A program made the position numbers and the translations under genes. Under the pieces are notes generated by a model. That model did no database searches and had not been told where the DNA came from. It worked only from the letters and a program-made list of their open reading frames with translations. Positions 1 to 8,388 of a stretch of 35,428 nucleotides of DNA are shown in pieces. The stretch comes from an uncultured Candidatus Saccharibacteria bacterium (GTDB lineage: Bacteria > Patescibacteriota > Saccharimonadia > CAILAD01 > BJGX01). The stretch covers positions 212,887 to 248,314 of the forward strand of contig CAZSVP010000002.1 of the NCBI GenBank assembly GCA_964610335.1. Direction: 5' to 3'. Positions within the stretch are counted from its first letter, which is position 1. Every line of letters starts with the position of its first letter.

Positions 1-5
1 CGAAG

Positions 6-515
6 TTATTTGAAGTTGGTGACCTTATGTTTAGGCATCCGCTCGCTGTAAGTGCCAAATATCCTGTCCATGAAGTAAAACAGGATGCCATAGTTGTATG
101 GTGCCCAGTGATGAATATCATGTAGCCTCTGAATGTGTTTGAAAAAACGCGTATTCGCAAGCCAATGATTACGCAAATGAAACCTAGAGTGCAAGTAATT
201 TATAACAATCCGCGCATATATTACGCCACTAATTATCATAACGAAGCTATAAGGGCGCGGTATAATTATTAGCGTTACGATTGCCATAAATATTCCTAAG
301 TAATACCAACCTTGGTCGATCTTACTTAGATATTGCTTAATATTTGGACGTAGTTTACTTGTTGGGTAATCATGCTCATGATGTTTGATATGATTGCGTT
401 GAATTTTATGCCCAAAAACAGCGTTATGCTCCACTGATCGATGCCAAAAATAGCCAGCAACTTCGATAATAATCGGTGCAGCTATTATGCAAACAACAAA
501 CCACAACCAGTTCAT
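6..515 (-). CDS. Fatty acid hydroxylase / sterol desaturase-family integral membrane protein
   Basis: 169-aa ORF with three histidine boxes typical of di-iron membrane hydroxylases/desaturases (HRSVEH, HIKHHEH, HDIHH), interleaved with hydrophobic segments. Its start lies 1 nt from the trmD stop. Confidence 0.75.
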   Translation of the reverse strand: MNWLWFVVCIIAAPIIIEVAGYFWHRSVEHNAVFGHKIQRNHIKHHEHDYPTSKLRPNIKQYLSKIDQGWYYLGIFMAIVTLIIIPRPYSFVMIISGVIYARIVINYLHSRFHLRNHWLANTRFFKHIQRLHDIHHWAPYNYGILFYFMDRIFGTYSERMPKHKVTNFK

Positions 516-516
516 A

Positions 517-1191
517 CTAAAATTCTATCAAATCCGGACGGTTTTGTTGGGTTTTTTCAACTGATTTTTGCTTACGCCACTCAGTTATTTTGGAATGATT
601 ACCCCCCAAGATCTCCTCAGGTACCTCCATGCCTTGAAACTCCTGAGGCCGAGTGAATTGGGGATACTCGAGCAAGCCTTGACTGAACGATTCATCTTGA
701 GCGCTATTATTGTCACCTAGCACGCCAGGGATCAAGCGTACAACACTGTCCACTACCACCATAGCTGGTAGCTCACCACCAGTAAGTACATAGTCACCAA
801 TTGATATCTCTAGGTCTACTATCTTCATTATTCTCTCATCAAAGCCCTCATAGTGGCCACAGATAATGATAATGTCCCGACCCTTAGCAAGAGACTTGGC
901 ATCATGTTGAGTATATGTCTTGCCACGAGGGGTAGTAAGTAGTACAAGCGCATCTGGTGATTTTTTTTTGGCGCTCTCTACGGCAGCATAGATTGGCTCA
1001 GGCTTAAGAACCATGCCAGCACCACCTCCATAAGGTGTGTCATCGACTTGGCGACGCGGCCCTATCCCAAAATCACGAAGGTTAACCAGCCCAAACTCTA
1101 CTAGTTTCTTATCTTGAGCTTTCCAAAGCATAGAAGTATTGAGCACCGGCTCAAACATCTCTGGGAATAATGTGATAATGTATATTTTCAT
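517..1191 (-). CDS. trmD: tRNA (guanine37-N1)-methyltransferase TrmD
   Basis: 224-aa ORF. The N-terminus MKIYIITLFPEMF and the segments GGGAGMVLKPEP and DYVLTGGELPAMV are the conserved TrmD SPOUT-knot segments. The rpsP/KH/trmD neighbourhood is canonical. Confidence 0.95.
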   Translation of the reverse strand: MKIYIITLFPEMFEPVLNTSMLWKAQDKKLVEFGLVNLRDFGIGPRRQVDDTPYGGGAGMVLKPEPIYAAVESAKKKSPDALVLLTTPRGKTYTQHDAKSLAKGRDIIIICGHYEGFDERIMKIVDLEISIGDYVLTGGELPAMVVVDSVVRLIPGVLGDNNSAQDESFSQGLLEYPQFTRPQEFQGMEVPEEILGGNHSKITEWRKQKSVEKTQQNRPDLIEF

Positions 1192-1344
1192 ATCTATAAG
1201 TATTATGTATCTATGATGGCTATAAGATGAATTAGCTTAAGTAAAGTACAAGGCACTTTCGAGCAACAAAGCGGAGTGTAGTTATACTACATGTAGCGAG
1301 TAGCGGAGAACGTAACAACGTAATTTGCTAAGATCATTCATCGA

Positions 1345-1755
1345 CTAGACATCTAAGTCTAAGTCCTCAAGTCCCTCACGAGCCTTAGCCTTAATATCGT
1401 CAGCCCTATCAGCTGGTTCTTCAGTTTGCTCTTCTGGAGCTTCAATACTATTGTCCTCTGATGCTTCACTATCACTTGGCTCAGAATTGGTATTGTCATG
1501 AATGCTGCCTTCTGGCTCAATAATCTTGAGATTGAATCGAGCATCGCTCTTGGCACCTAGTACCCTGAGTAGGGTACGGATGGCTTTGGCGGTACTACCG
1601 GCTTTGCCTATAACCTTACCCATATCTTCTGGTGCTACAGTTAGTTCCAACAGTACTCCACGCTCATCGACGCTTCGGTCGATAACTACCTGGTCAGGGT
1701 TGTCTACTAGTGCCTTTACAACAAATTCTACAAAGTCCTTATCGATGTCAGCCAT
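1345..1755 (-). CDS. KH-domain RNA-binding protein (YlqC/UPF0109 family) with acidic C-terminal tail
   Basis: 136-aa ORF with a KH GXXG loop (VIGKAGSTAKAIRTLL). It sits between rpsP and trmD as in many bacteria. SD GGAGG lies 4 nt upstream of the ATG. The C-terminal ~55 aa are D/E/S-rich and low complexity. Confidence 0.85.
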   Translation of the reverse strand: MADIDKDFVEFVVKALVDNPDQVVIDRSVDERGVLLELTVAPEDMGKVIGKAGSTAKAIRTLLRVLGAKSDARFNLKIIEPEGSIHDNTNSEPSDSEASEDNSIEAPEEQTEEPADRADDIKAKAREGLEDLDLDV

Positions 1756-1814
1756 GCTACCTCCATATGATCAGTTATTACTGTATTGTAGCTAACTGGC
1801 TCGAGTTTGGCTAG

Positions 1815-2330
1815 CTACTCTTTTTTGGTATCCGGTTCTGGCTTGGCCTTGGCTTCAGCTTGAGCGGTGTCAACTGCTGCATCGGCAGCCTTCTCTTCTG
1901 TCTTGATATCATCGGCTTGTTTATCTACTGCCTCGGCAGTACCTACAGCATCTTTGGTCTCAACTGTTTTTTGATCTGCAGCGTCACTAGCTTCAGTCGC
2001 TACTTCATCTGTCGCAGGAGCCTTGTCGGTTGTTTCTTCGGCGCCTTCTTTGGCCTTTGGAGCCTTGTTGCGGTCATGGATATTTGCCCACTTTGGTAAA
2101 TCCACACCATTAGCCTTAAAAAGTCGTAGTACTCGATCTGACGCCTGAGCACCATTGTCGAGATACTGCTTAATTAGTTCTTTGTCTAGCTCAATCTGTT
2201 TAGTGTGCGGATTGTAAGTACCGAGTACAGCCAAATACTTGCTCGTCACAGAACGAGCTTTGTCAGCAGCCACGATGCGATATACTGGATATTTTTTGCG
2301 GCCAACACGGGCCAATCGAATTACGACCAT
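1815..2330 (-). CDS. rpsP: 30S ribosomal protein S16 with long Ala/Glu/Lys/Asp-rich C-terminal extension
   Basis: The track ORF 1815..2363 starts at a TTG. The canonical S16 N-terminus MVVIRLARVGRKKYPVYRIV begins at the internal ATG at 2330. Residues beyond ~95 are a low-complexity acidic tail. Confidence 0.9.
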   Translation of the reverse strand: MVVIRLARVGRKKYPVYRIVAADKARSVTSKYLAVLGTYNPHTKQIELDKELIKQYLDNGAQASDRVLRLFKANGVDLPKWANIHDRNKAPKAKEGAEETTDKAPATDEVATEASDAADQKTVETKDAVGTAEAVDKQADDIKTEEKAADAAVDTAQAEAKAKPEPDTKKE

Positions 2331-2431
2331 ATGCGAAATCGGTTCCTTATTAAATACAAGCAAAATTTTTGGAATAGCTCTAAACTATCCCAAAACAATG
2401 GGCTTAATTGTACCTGATAACCAGGTAGATG

Positions 2432-4894
2432 TCAATGCGTTACAGCAGCCTCAGCGTATTGGTTAGCTTGATTTATAGTGAGTGGGATTACCACCGAACT
2501 GCCATCGGCAGCTACGGTCACGCCTAGTAGCATATTGGCAGTCTGCATAGTGGCATGGTTGTGAGTGATTATTATGATCTGGGAGTGTTTGGCCAGATCA
2601 TGTAACAAACCTGCAAAGGCCTGACTGTTGGCATCATCAAGCGCAGCATCAACCTCATCTAACACTAGAACTGGTGCCGGATTGGTACTGACAATAGCAC
2701 TTAGTAGCGCCAAGGATGTAAGAGTTTTCTCTCCACCAGAAAGCGCAGTTACTTGGCGAGTCTTCTTCCTTGGTGGTGTTACTTCTATATTAATTAGTTT
2801 TGTGTCTGCCTCGTTGGTCTCTAAAATTATTTGAGCCGAGCCACCATTGAATAATTTGGAAAAGCTCTGTCCAAACTGTTTATTAATACTTGCCATCGCA
2901 GTTTTGAATCGCTTACTGATTGAGTTCTCAAGCTTGAGCAAAACTTTCTCTATTCCTTGTATGGATCTGTCTAGGTCATCTGATTGATCTTGCAAAAACT
3001 CCAGCTCCCGTGCTTGGTCTTCCAACTCCTTAAGGTTTTCTGGCTGCTGTTGCTCAAGCACTTCTAGTTGGGCAAGAGTTTTTTCTATTTCAATTATCTC
3101 AACCTTTTGGCTCTGTGACTCCAGCTTAGGAATATTTTTACCAAACCATTGCGTAACAAGCTCTTTTAGATCCATCTGTTCTTGCTCGATTACTGAAAGT
3201 TCATTGTGTAGCTGTGACTGCTCAGCTTGGTTCTGGGCCAGCTTGATTGACACTTCTTGTATAGACTTAACAAATGCGTGTAGCTGGGGTGTGGTTTTAC
3301 CAATACCAACTTGAGACTCTGCTATACTGTTCTGTAACTTCGTTTGTTCGAGTAATAACTTGGACTTATTGACACTCAATTTCTTTATACTTTGTTCAAC
3401 TTGTTCTAGTCGCTTGGCTTCGGCCGCAAATACCGATTCCTTAGCTTTGAGCTGTTTTTCTTGTTGTTGTAGGCTAACAATATCTAACTCGGCCGAGCGT
3501 AGGGCAATTGTCTCGTGTGTATGTCGCTCTAGCACCTCTTCGCGTTTGCCCATAAGTTTCGAGATGTCTCGTTGTAACTCGCTTATACGTAAAGCTAACT
3601 CGGCGGCGTTGTCCTCGATGGCATACTGCACCATACGCTTAAGTTTAAACAGTGCCAATTCCACAGTATGTTTTTGATCTGGATTGTTCAGATTTGTCTC
3701 AAGCAACCGTAACAGACCCAGCGCGTGATGCAAATACTCCTTCTTCTGGCTGTGAGATAAGTCTTTTCTAATCTTGGCTAGTTCTTGACTCAGCTGAGCA
3801 ACCAAGCTATTCTGTTGCTCGATTACTGCTTGTAGTTCGGCTACTTTTGTTTGCTGAACTGATGTTTTTTGAGTTAACTTATCAAGAGCAGTCAGAGTTT
3901 GATTGAGCTGTGACTTGATAGTGCGCTGCCCGCTTAACTGCGACTCTAACTGTTGCTTGTTCTGTTCTTCTTGCATCAGCGTCATAGATACCTTTTGTAA
4001 CTCTGATCTAACTTTCTCCAACTGCTCAGAATACTGTTGCAACGAGTCACCTCCACTACTTCCGTTTTGATTGTCAAAACTAGCCTCCTGTTTCTTCAAC
4101 TGTATGAGTTGGCTATCTAACTTCTTATTGTTAGTTTTTAGAGCAGTTAGTTTACTATTAATCTCTTGATGTGATTTACCTAAACTATTGCGCTGCTGAT
4201 TTATATAGCTAACCCTCTGTAAATCAAGTTTGGATTGCAATTCAGCCCGATGTGCATTGGACTTCTGATACGACTCTAATTGACGAGCTGATGGAAGGAG
4301 CTCGACTATCCTATGTTTTATTGAATCGAGCTGTTTACGAGATGATCGGAGTTGTGACTCCACTAATTGTTTTTCCATTTGAGCAGATCTTACACCAGTG
4401 GCTTCTTCAAAAAGTTCAGTACGTTGTTGATCACTACCGGTCACCATCTGCTCAATGGTGCCTTGGTTGATCACACTGTAGCTTTGAGTAGCAATTCCGT
4501 TTTTGGCCAATGTTTGACGCAAGGTAGAAAGTTTCACACTTCGCCCATTGAGCTGATATTCGCTTTCACCACCTCGGTAAAGTTTGCGAGTCACTGAGAA
4601 GGCATTTTTTGATGAACTATTTGAAAACTGTAGTTGGACCTGTGCGAGCCCCGATCGAGATCGTTTAGCATTACCCGAGAATAGTACATCGCTAGAGTGG
4701 TCAGCGCGCAAACGAGCCACTTTCTGCTCACCAAAAGCCCAGCGCACAGCTTCGGCTATGTTGCTCTTGCCCGCACCATTAGGACCTACAACTGCAACTA
4801 TTCCCTGGGGTAGCTCAATATCTAAGCTATCGGCAAATGACTTAAAGCCACTCACGCTTAGTTTAGATACAAACAACTCACCCTTAATCATCAC
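2432..4894 (-). CDS. smc: SMC-family chromosome segregation ATPase, unusually short (820 aa), no recognisable hinge
   Basis: The N-terminal head has Walker A (VVGPNGAGKSNIAEAVRWAFGEQ). The C-terminal head has the ABC signature LSGGEKTLTSLALL and Walker B VLVLDEVDAALD. The ~480 aa between are Q/E/K/L-rich coiled coil. The first codon at 4894 is GTG; the ATG at 4889-4891 lies 6 nt downstream of a TAGAAT -10 box (4898-4903), so the start may be 4891. Confidence 0.85.
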   Translation of the reverse strand: MMIKGELFVSKLSVSGFKSFADSLDIELPQGIVAVVGPNGAGKSNIAEAVRWAFGEQKVARLRADHSSDVLFSGNAKRSRSGLAQVQLQFSNSSSKNAFSVTRKLYRGGESEYQLNGRSVKLSTLRQTLAKNGIATQSYSVINQGTIEQMVTGSDQQRTELFEEATGVRSAQMEKQLVESQLRSSRKQLDSIKHRIVELLPSARQLESYQKSNAHRAELQSKLDLQRVSYINQQRNSLGKSHQEINSKLTALKTNNKKLDSQLIQLKKQEASFDNQNGSSGGDSLQQYSEQLEKVRSELQKVSMTLMQEEQNKQQLESQLSGQRTIKSQLNQTLTALDKLTQKTSVQQTKVAELQAVIEQQNSLVAQLSQELAKIRKDLSHSQKKEYLHHALGLLRLLETNLNNPDQKHTVELALFKLKRMVQYAIEDNAAELALRISELQRDISKLMGKREEVLERHTHETIALRSAELDIVSLQQQEKQLKAKESVFAAEAKRLEQVEQSIKKLSVNKSKLLLEQTKLQNSIAESQVGIGKTTPQLHAFVKSIQEVSIKLAQNQAEQSQLHNELSVIEQEQMDLKELVTQWFGKNIPKLESQSQKVEIIEIEKTLAQLEVLEQQQPENLKELEDQARELEFLQDQSDDLDRSIQGIEKVLLKLENSISKRFKTAMASINKQFGQSFSKLFNGGSAQIILETNEADTKLINIEVTPPRKKTRQVTALSGGEKTLTSLALLSAIVSTNPAPVLVLDEVDAALDDANSQAFAGLLHDLAKHSQIIIITHNHATMQTANMLLGVTVAADGSSVVIPLTINQANQYAEAAVTH

Positions 4895-4927
4895 TCTATT
4901 CTATCTTAGGCTGGCTTAAGCAACAAA

Positions 4928-6244
4928 CTATTTGAATACTGTTGAGGCAGGGCAATTGAAAGTTTTGGTGCCAAGATCAGGGTTTACACCTCCAAATGCC
5001 GGTATCCCGTTCGCACCAATATTAATGCCATATAGTGTCAGTGAATGCTGTTTGCCGTCAAACAAACTATTAGGTAGTAAGTAGTTAAAACCATGGCGGC
5101 CAACAATGTTGTATGCGTTATTCACATCTGGTCGATCCTGGCTATTCCTACTAACTGGATTGGTTGATACAATTTTGAGATTACCTGTTTCTCCGGCTCT
5201 GCCATCTACATATATATGTGCAGTTGATGAAATGTTTCCATTGCTAGGATCAAATACCCAGCCAACAACTCGATGAGTCTTGCAATCTACATAATCTATA
5301 GTGCCTTTTGGCTGTTCCTGATTGATGTTGTATTGATCTACAAAAGCCTTTGCTCCTCGTAGTCTGCCGGTTGGATCACATTCGGGTGGTATATTGTTGA
5401 AATCTATTTTGCCACATTGTGCTTGTCTTACTAGTGCGTTGCAAAAAGAAGGATTATCAACCGCAAAATGATCACTACGATAGTCATACTGCACACAAAT
5501 TCCCGACAGACTTGGGTTTGACCACCATGTAACACCACCTATAACTTGTGTTGTCCATCTGCCATCATTCTCGCCTTTAACAGGGTTCTTGCTAGGTGCT
5601 GGTTGTGGCTTAGGTTGTGATGGAGGTTGTGGTACCACGGACGTACTTTTTATTTGCGATATATCTATGCCTTGATCTTTGGCCTTCTGGACAAAATCTG
5701 GCCACAGATGGCAATCAAACATAGGGTATCTAGCTAGTGATATTCTTGGCACCGAAGCAATTGACGGAAAATTCTCTGACGAAGATACCCCAATCAAACA
5801 GTAGCCCGCATTGCCACCACCCGTCACGTAAGTCACACTAGTACCGTTCTCAACATAGCTTTGTCCAAGCTGAGCGTTATATGGCTCAAGACCTTCTACC
5901 TGGACCCCACCTGCTTGTAATAGATCACAACCTTCTTTACCTGCAAAAAACCTGCCCACAAACGATACATAGCTAGGCTCTGCATCAACAAGTTTAGAAT
6001 ACAAGTCTTCACACCCACTTGTAATTCCACTCGCACTTGTTACTGCAACACTAAAACCATACTTATTGGGCACTGCATTGTTGACTGTAAGAGTAGTGGA
6101 AGCTCTACTAAACCTAACTACCAATACCCCTATAACTGCTACTGTAGCAACTACTATAGCTGCATGCCACCACTGGAACTTATACTTACGTGGTTTAGAC
6201 TTAGCCTTATACGTTCGAGCTTTTGATTTGGGCTTGCTGGTCAT
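4928..6244 (-). CDS. Membrane-anchored/exported hypothetical protein
   Basis: 438-aa ORF with a lysine-rich N-terminus, one TM/signal-anchor (AAIVVATVAVIGVLVV) and a Pro/Gln linker (PQPPSQPKPQPAPSKNP). The C-terminal module has a GWVFDP...IYVDG...RPDVN...GRHGF...HSLTLYG pattern. No catalytic motif recognised. Confidence 0.6.
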   Translation of the reverse strand: MTSKPKSKARTYKAKSKPRKYKFQWWHAAIVVATVAVIGVLVVRFSRASTTLTVNNAVPNKYGFSVAVTSASGITSGCEDLYSKLVDAEPSYVSFVGRFFAGKEGCDLLQAGGVQVEGLEPYNAQLGQSYVENGTSVTYVTGGGNAGYCLIGVSSSENFPSIASVPRISLARYPMFDCHLWPDFVQKAKDQGIDISQIKSTSVVPQPPSQPKPQPAPSKNPVKGENDGRWTTQVIGGVTWWSNPSLSGICVQYDYRSDHFAVDNPSFCNALVRQAQCGKIDFNNIPPECDPTGRLRGAKAFVDQYNINQEQPKGTIDYVDCKTHRVVGWVFDPSNGNISSTAHIYVDGRAGETGNLKIVSTNPVSRNSQDRPDVNNAYNIVGRHGFNYLLPNSLFDGKQHSLTLYGINIGANGIPAFGGVNPDLGTKTFNCPASTVFK

Positions 6245-6304
6245 AGTAACCTATTAAGCATAAGTATAGTGCTTACTAATATCTAAGTCAAAAACTGTAG
6301 TTGA

Positions 6305-6997
6305 TTACTTTTTCTGAAGCTGCTTGAGTGCACTCTCGGCAGCTGATTGTTGAGCAGCCTGTTTACTACTACCAGTACCCTTACCATAGAGTTTCTTGCC
6401 AAGATAAGCTCCCACCTCAAAATGCTTGTCGTGGTCGGGACCCGACTCTTCGAGAACGTCATAGCTAGGGGTGACTCCCTTTTGTTCTTGAGCAAGTTCC
6501 TGGAAGTGGCTTTTGGCATCGATGTAGCTACCTTGTTTGATAATATCAACAAGTTTCACAGTGATGTGAGCTGCTATAAAGTCACGAGCCGCATCGTAGC
6601 CATTGTCTAAATATATGGCTCCAATTACTGCTTCCATCAGATTTGCAAGCAGGGCCACTCGTTCGCGACCACCACTCTTTACCTCACCTCGGCTCATAAG
6701 CAAGTACTGCCCTACATCTAGAGTCTCGGCAAGCTCAGCTAAGCTCTCGGTCTTTACAAGAGCCGAACGCCAGCTGGTCAGTACACCCTCTGGCTCATCT
6801 GGATACTTGTTGTACAGGAAGTCAGTTACTACTAGCTCTAGTACTGCATCACCCAAGAACTCTAATCGTTCGTTGTGTTCGAGCTTGCTACGACGGTGTT
6901 CATTGAGATAACTACGATGCGTAAAGGCAGTCTTTATGAGATCGGGATTCTTAAACTTAATCTTAATAACTGATTCTACTTTAGCTTGGTTAAACAT
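6305..6997 (-). CDS. rnc: Ribonuclease III
   Basis: 230-aa ORF with the RNase III signature NERLEFLGDAVLE and a C-terminal dsRBD (GPDHDKHFEV...GSSKQAAQQSAA). Confidence 0.93.
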   Translation of the reverse strand: MFNQAKVESVIKIKFKNPDLIKTAFTHRSYLNEHRRSKLEHNERLEFLGDAVLELVVTDFLYNKYPDEPEGVLTSWRSALVKTESLAELAETLDVGQYLLMSRGEVKSGGRERVALLANLMEAVIGAIYLDNGYDAARDFIAAHITVKLVDIIKQGSYIDAKSHFQELAQEQKGVTPSYDVLEESGPDHDKHFEVGAYLGKKLYGKGTGSSKQAAQQSAAESALKQLQKK

Positions 6998-7523
6998 TGC
7001 GACTCCGTTTAATTCTGCGTATAGCCTCTTGCAGTATCACTCGCGTGGCTTTGTACTCTAGTATCTCACATGCCGTGGTTTCATCAAACCACTTCACGTC
7101 GACAATTCCTTCGGAACTTTCGGGCAACACAACTTCATCGAGTTTTGTAGACTCAATCAAGAATATAAATGTTGTCATAAATATCAGTTTGCCACGCATA
7201 CGATAAAAAAAATGGATTTTATCGAGCTTGTCGACAATCTTAAGTTCACGCAAGCCAGTCTCTTCGGTTACTTCACGCAAGGCAGTTTGTTCGAGCGTCT
7301 CTCCGGCTTCAACATGGCCTTTTGGTATACTCCAGCGCTCCTTGAGATCCTGCAGCAATAGTATTTGTAATCCGCCATCTATAATGCGAAATATTATCCC
7401 ACCTGCCGTATATTCTCGTACAGCCTTAGCACGCAACGATTGTCGAGATGGCTTATGCTTCTTCGTTGATTGGTTCGTTACCTGATTTGTCGGATTGGGC
7501 TTTCTTGTCTTCTTTTGGGTCAT
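6990..7523 (-). CDS. NUDIX hydrolase
   Basis: Perfect Nudix box GHVEAGETLEQTALREVTEETGL (GX5EX7REUXEEXGU). The track start at 7553 is a TTG lying 100 nt inside nusB, so the ATG at 7523 (MTQKKTRK...) is preferred. Even that start overlaps the nusB tail by ~70 nt, so the start is uncertain. Confidence 0.8.
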   Translation of the reverse strand: MTQKKTRKPNPTNQVTNQSTKKHKPSRQSLRAKAVREYTAGGIIFRIIDGGLQILLLQDLKERWSIPKGHVEAGETLEQTALREVTEETGLRELKIVDKLDKIHFFYRMRGKLIFMTTFIFLIESTKLDEVVLPESSEGIVDVKWFDETTACEILEYKATRVILQEAIRRIKRSRNV

Positions 7524-7956
7524 AAAATTCACTTTGTCTATAAATGGTGCCAAGCACCCCGTTTACAAATTTACTTGAGTTGTCACCACCAAATGCCTTG
7601 GCTAGCTCAACAGCTTCATTGATGGCTACTTTGGGTGGCACTTCGCGCTTGATCATGAGCTCGTATAGTGCCATACGCAATATAGAGCGATCTATCTTGG
7701 CAATCTGTTCGATTGGCCACTCCGGTGCCGCAGGCGTAATCATGCCGTCAATCTTCTCTTGATTGTCCAATGTGCCTTTCACCAAGTCGGTGATAAAATC
7801 TTTTTCTTCAAGCGCATCAGCGTAAACAGCGATGTTGCGGCTTACTACTTCGTCAATATCAGTTTTGAGCTCTGGCATTTCCAAACTATTACGGAAATCA
7901 TACTCATATAGACTCTGGAGAGCTATGATTCGGCAAAGGTGTCGGTTGGATGCCAT
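7453..7956 (-). CDS. nusB: Transcription antitermination factor NusB (with charged C-terminal tail)
   Basis: 167-aa ORF with NusB-like helices (RIIALQSLYEYDF..., DRSILRMALYEL, VAINEAVELAKAFG, KFVNGVLG). Confidence 0.9.
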   Translation of the reverse strand: MASNRHLCRIIALQSLYEYDFRNSLEMPELKTDIDEVVSRNIAVYADALEEKDFITDLVKGTLDNQEKIDGMITPAAPEWPIEQIAKIDRSILRMALYELMIKREVPPKVAINEAVELAKAFGGDNSSKFVNGVLGTIYRQSEFYDPKEDKKAQSDKSGNEPINEEA

Positions 7957-7966
7957 ATCAGTAGTA

Positions 7967-8137
7967 TTAGTTGGCCTTGCGAACGCGGGCTATACCAAGA
8001 CTGGCAGCTCGCACTAGGCGACGGGGTACGGTTAGTTTCGAGTTTTTCTCGTACATCAGTTGTACACTTTGGAGAGAATCGTGTGAACGACGCTGCCCAC
8101 GAGTACTACTGGTACGACGTTTTTTGGGTACAGGCAT
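7967..8137 (-). CDS. rpmF: 50S ribosomal protein L32
   Basis: Absent from the supplied track because it is under 60 aa. The reverse complement reads AGGAG-acagtctc-ATG, then MPVPKKRRTSSTRGQRRSHDSLQSVQLMYEKNSKLTVPRRLVRAASLGIARVRKAN and a stop. The N-terminal xVPKxRxSxxRxxxRRxH pattern is the L32 hallmark. SD AGGAG lies 8 nt upstream. Confidence 0.85.
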   Translation of the reverse strand: MPVPKKRRTSSTRGQRRSHDSLQSVQLMYEKNSKLTVPRRLVRAASLGIARVRKAN

Positions 8138-8388
8138 GAGACTGTCTCCTAGTTAATCAGTATTACTAGAGAATGCAAGAGTGAGCTTTCAACCAGTGGT
8201 TGGCCACAAAAATTGGAGAGTACAAAATTGGTTACGGTACAAAACAAGATCTGTGACGCGACATGAGCGTTTTATGACTTTTGGCCCAAGTCGAATGCTC
8301 GTAAACAAAGCATTTCGCGATCTATACTAGCATTTTTAGGCGTTTTTGGCAATGACCACTACTTTGTTATCGGCAACACTCAGCAATA

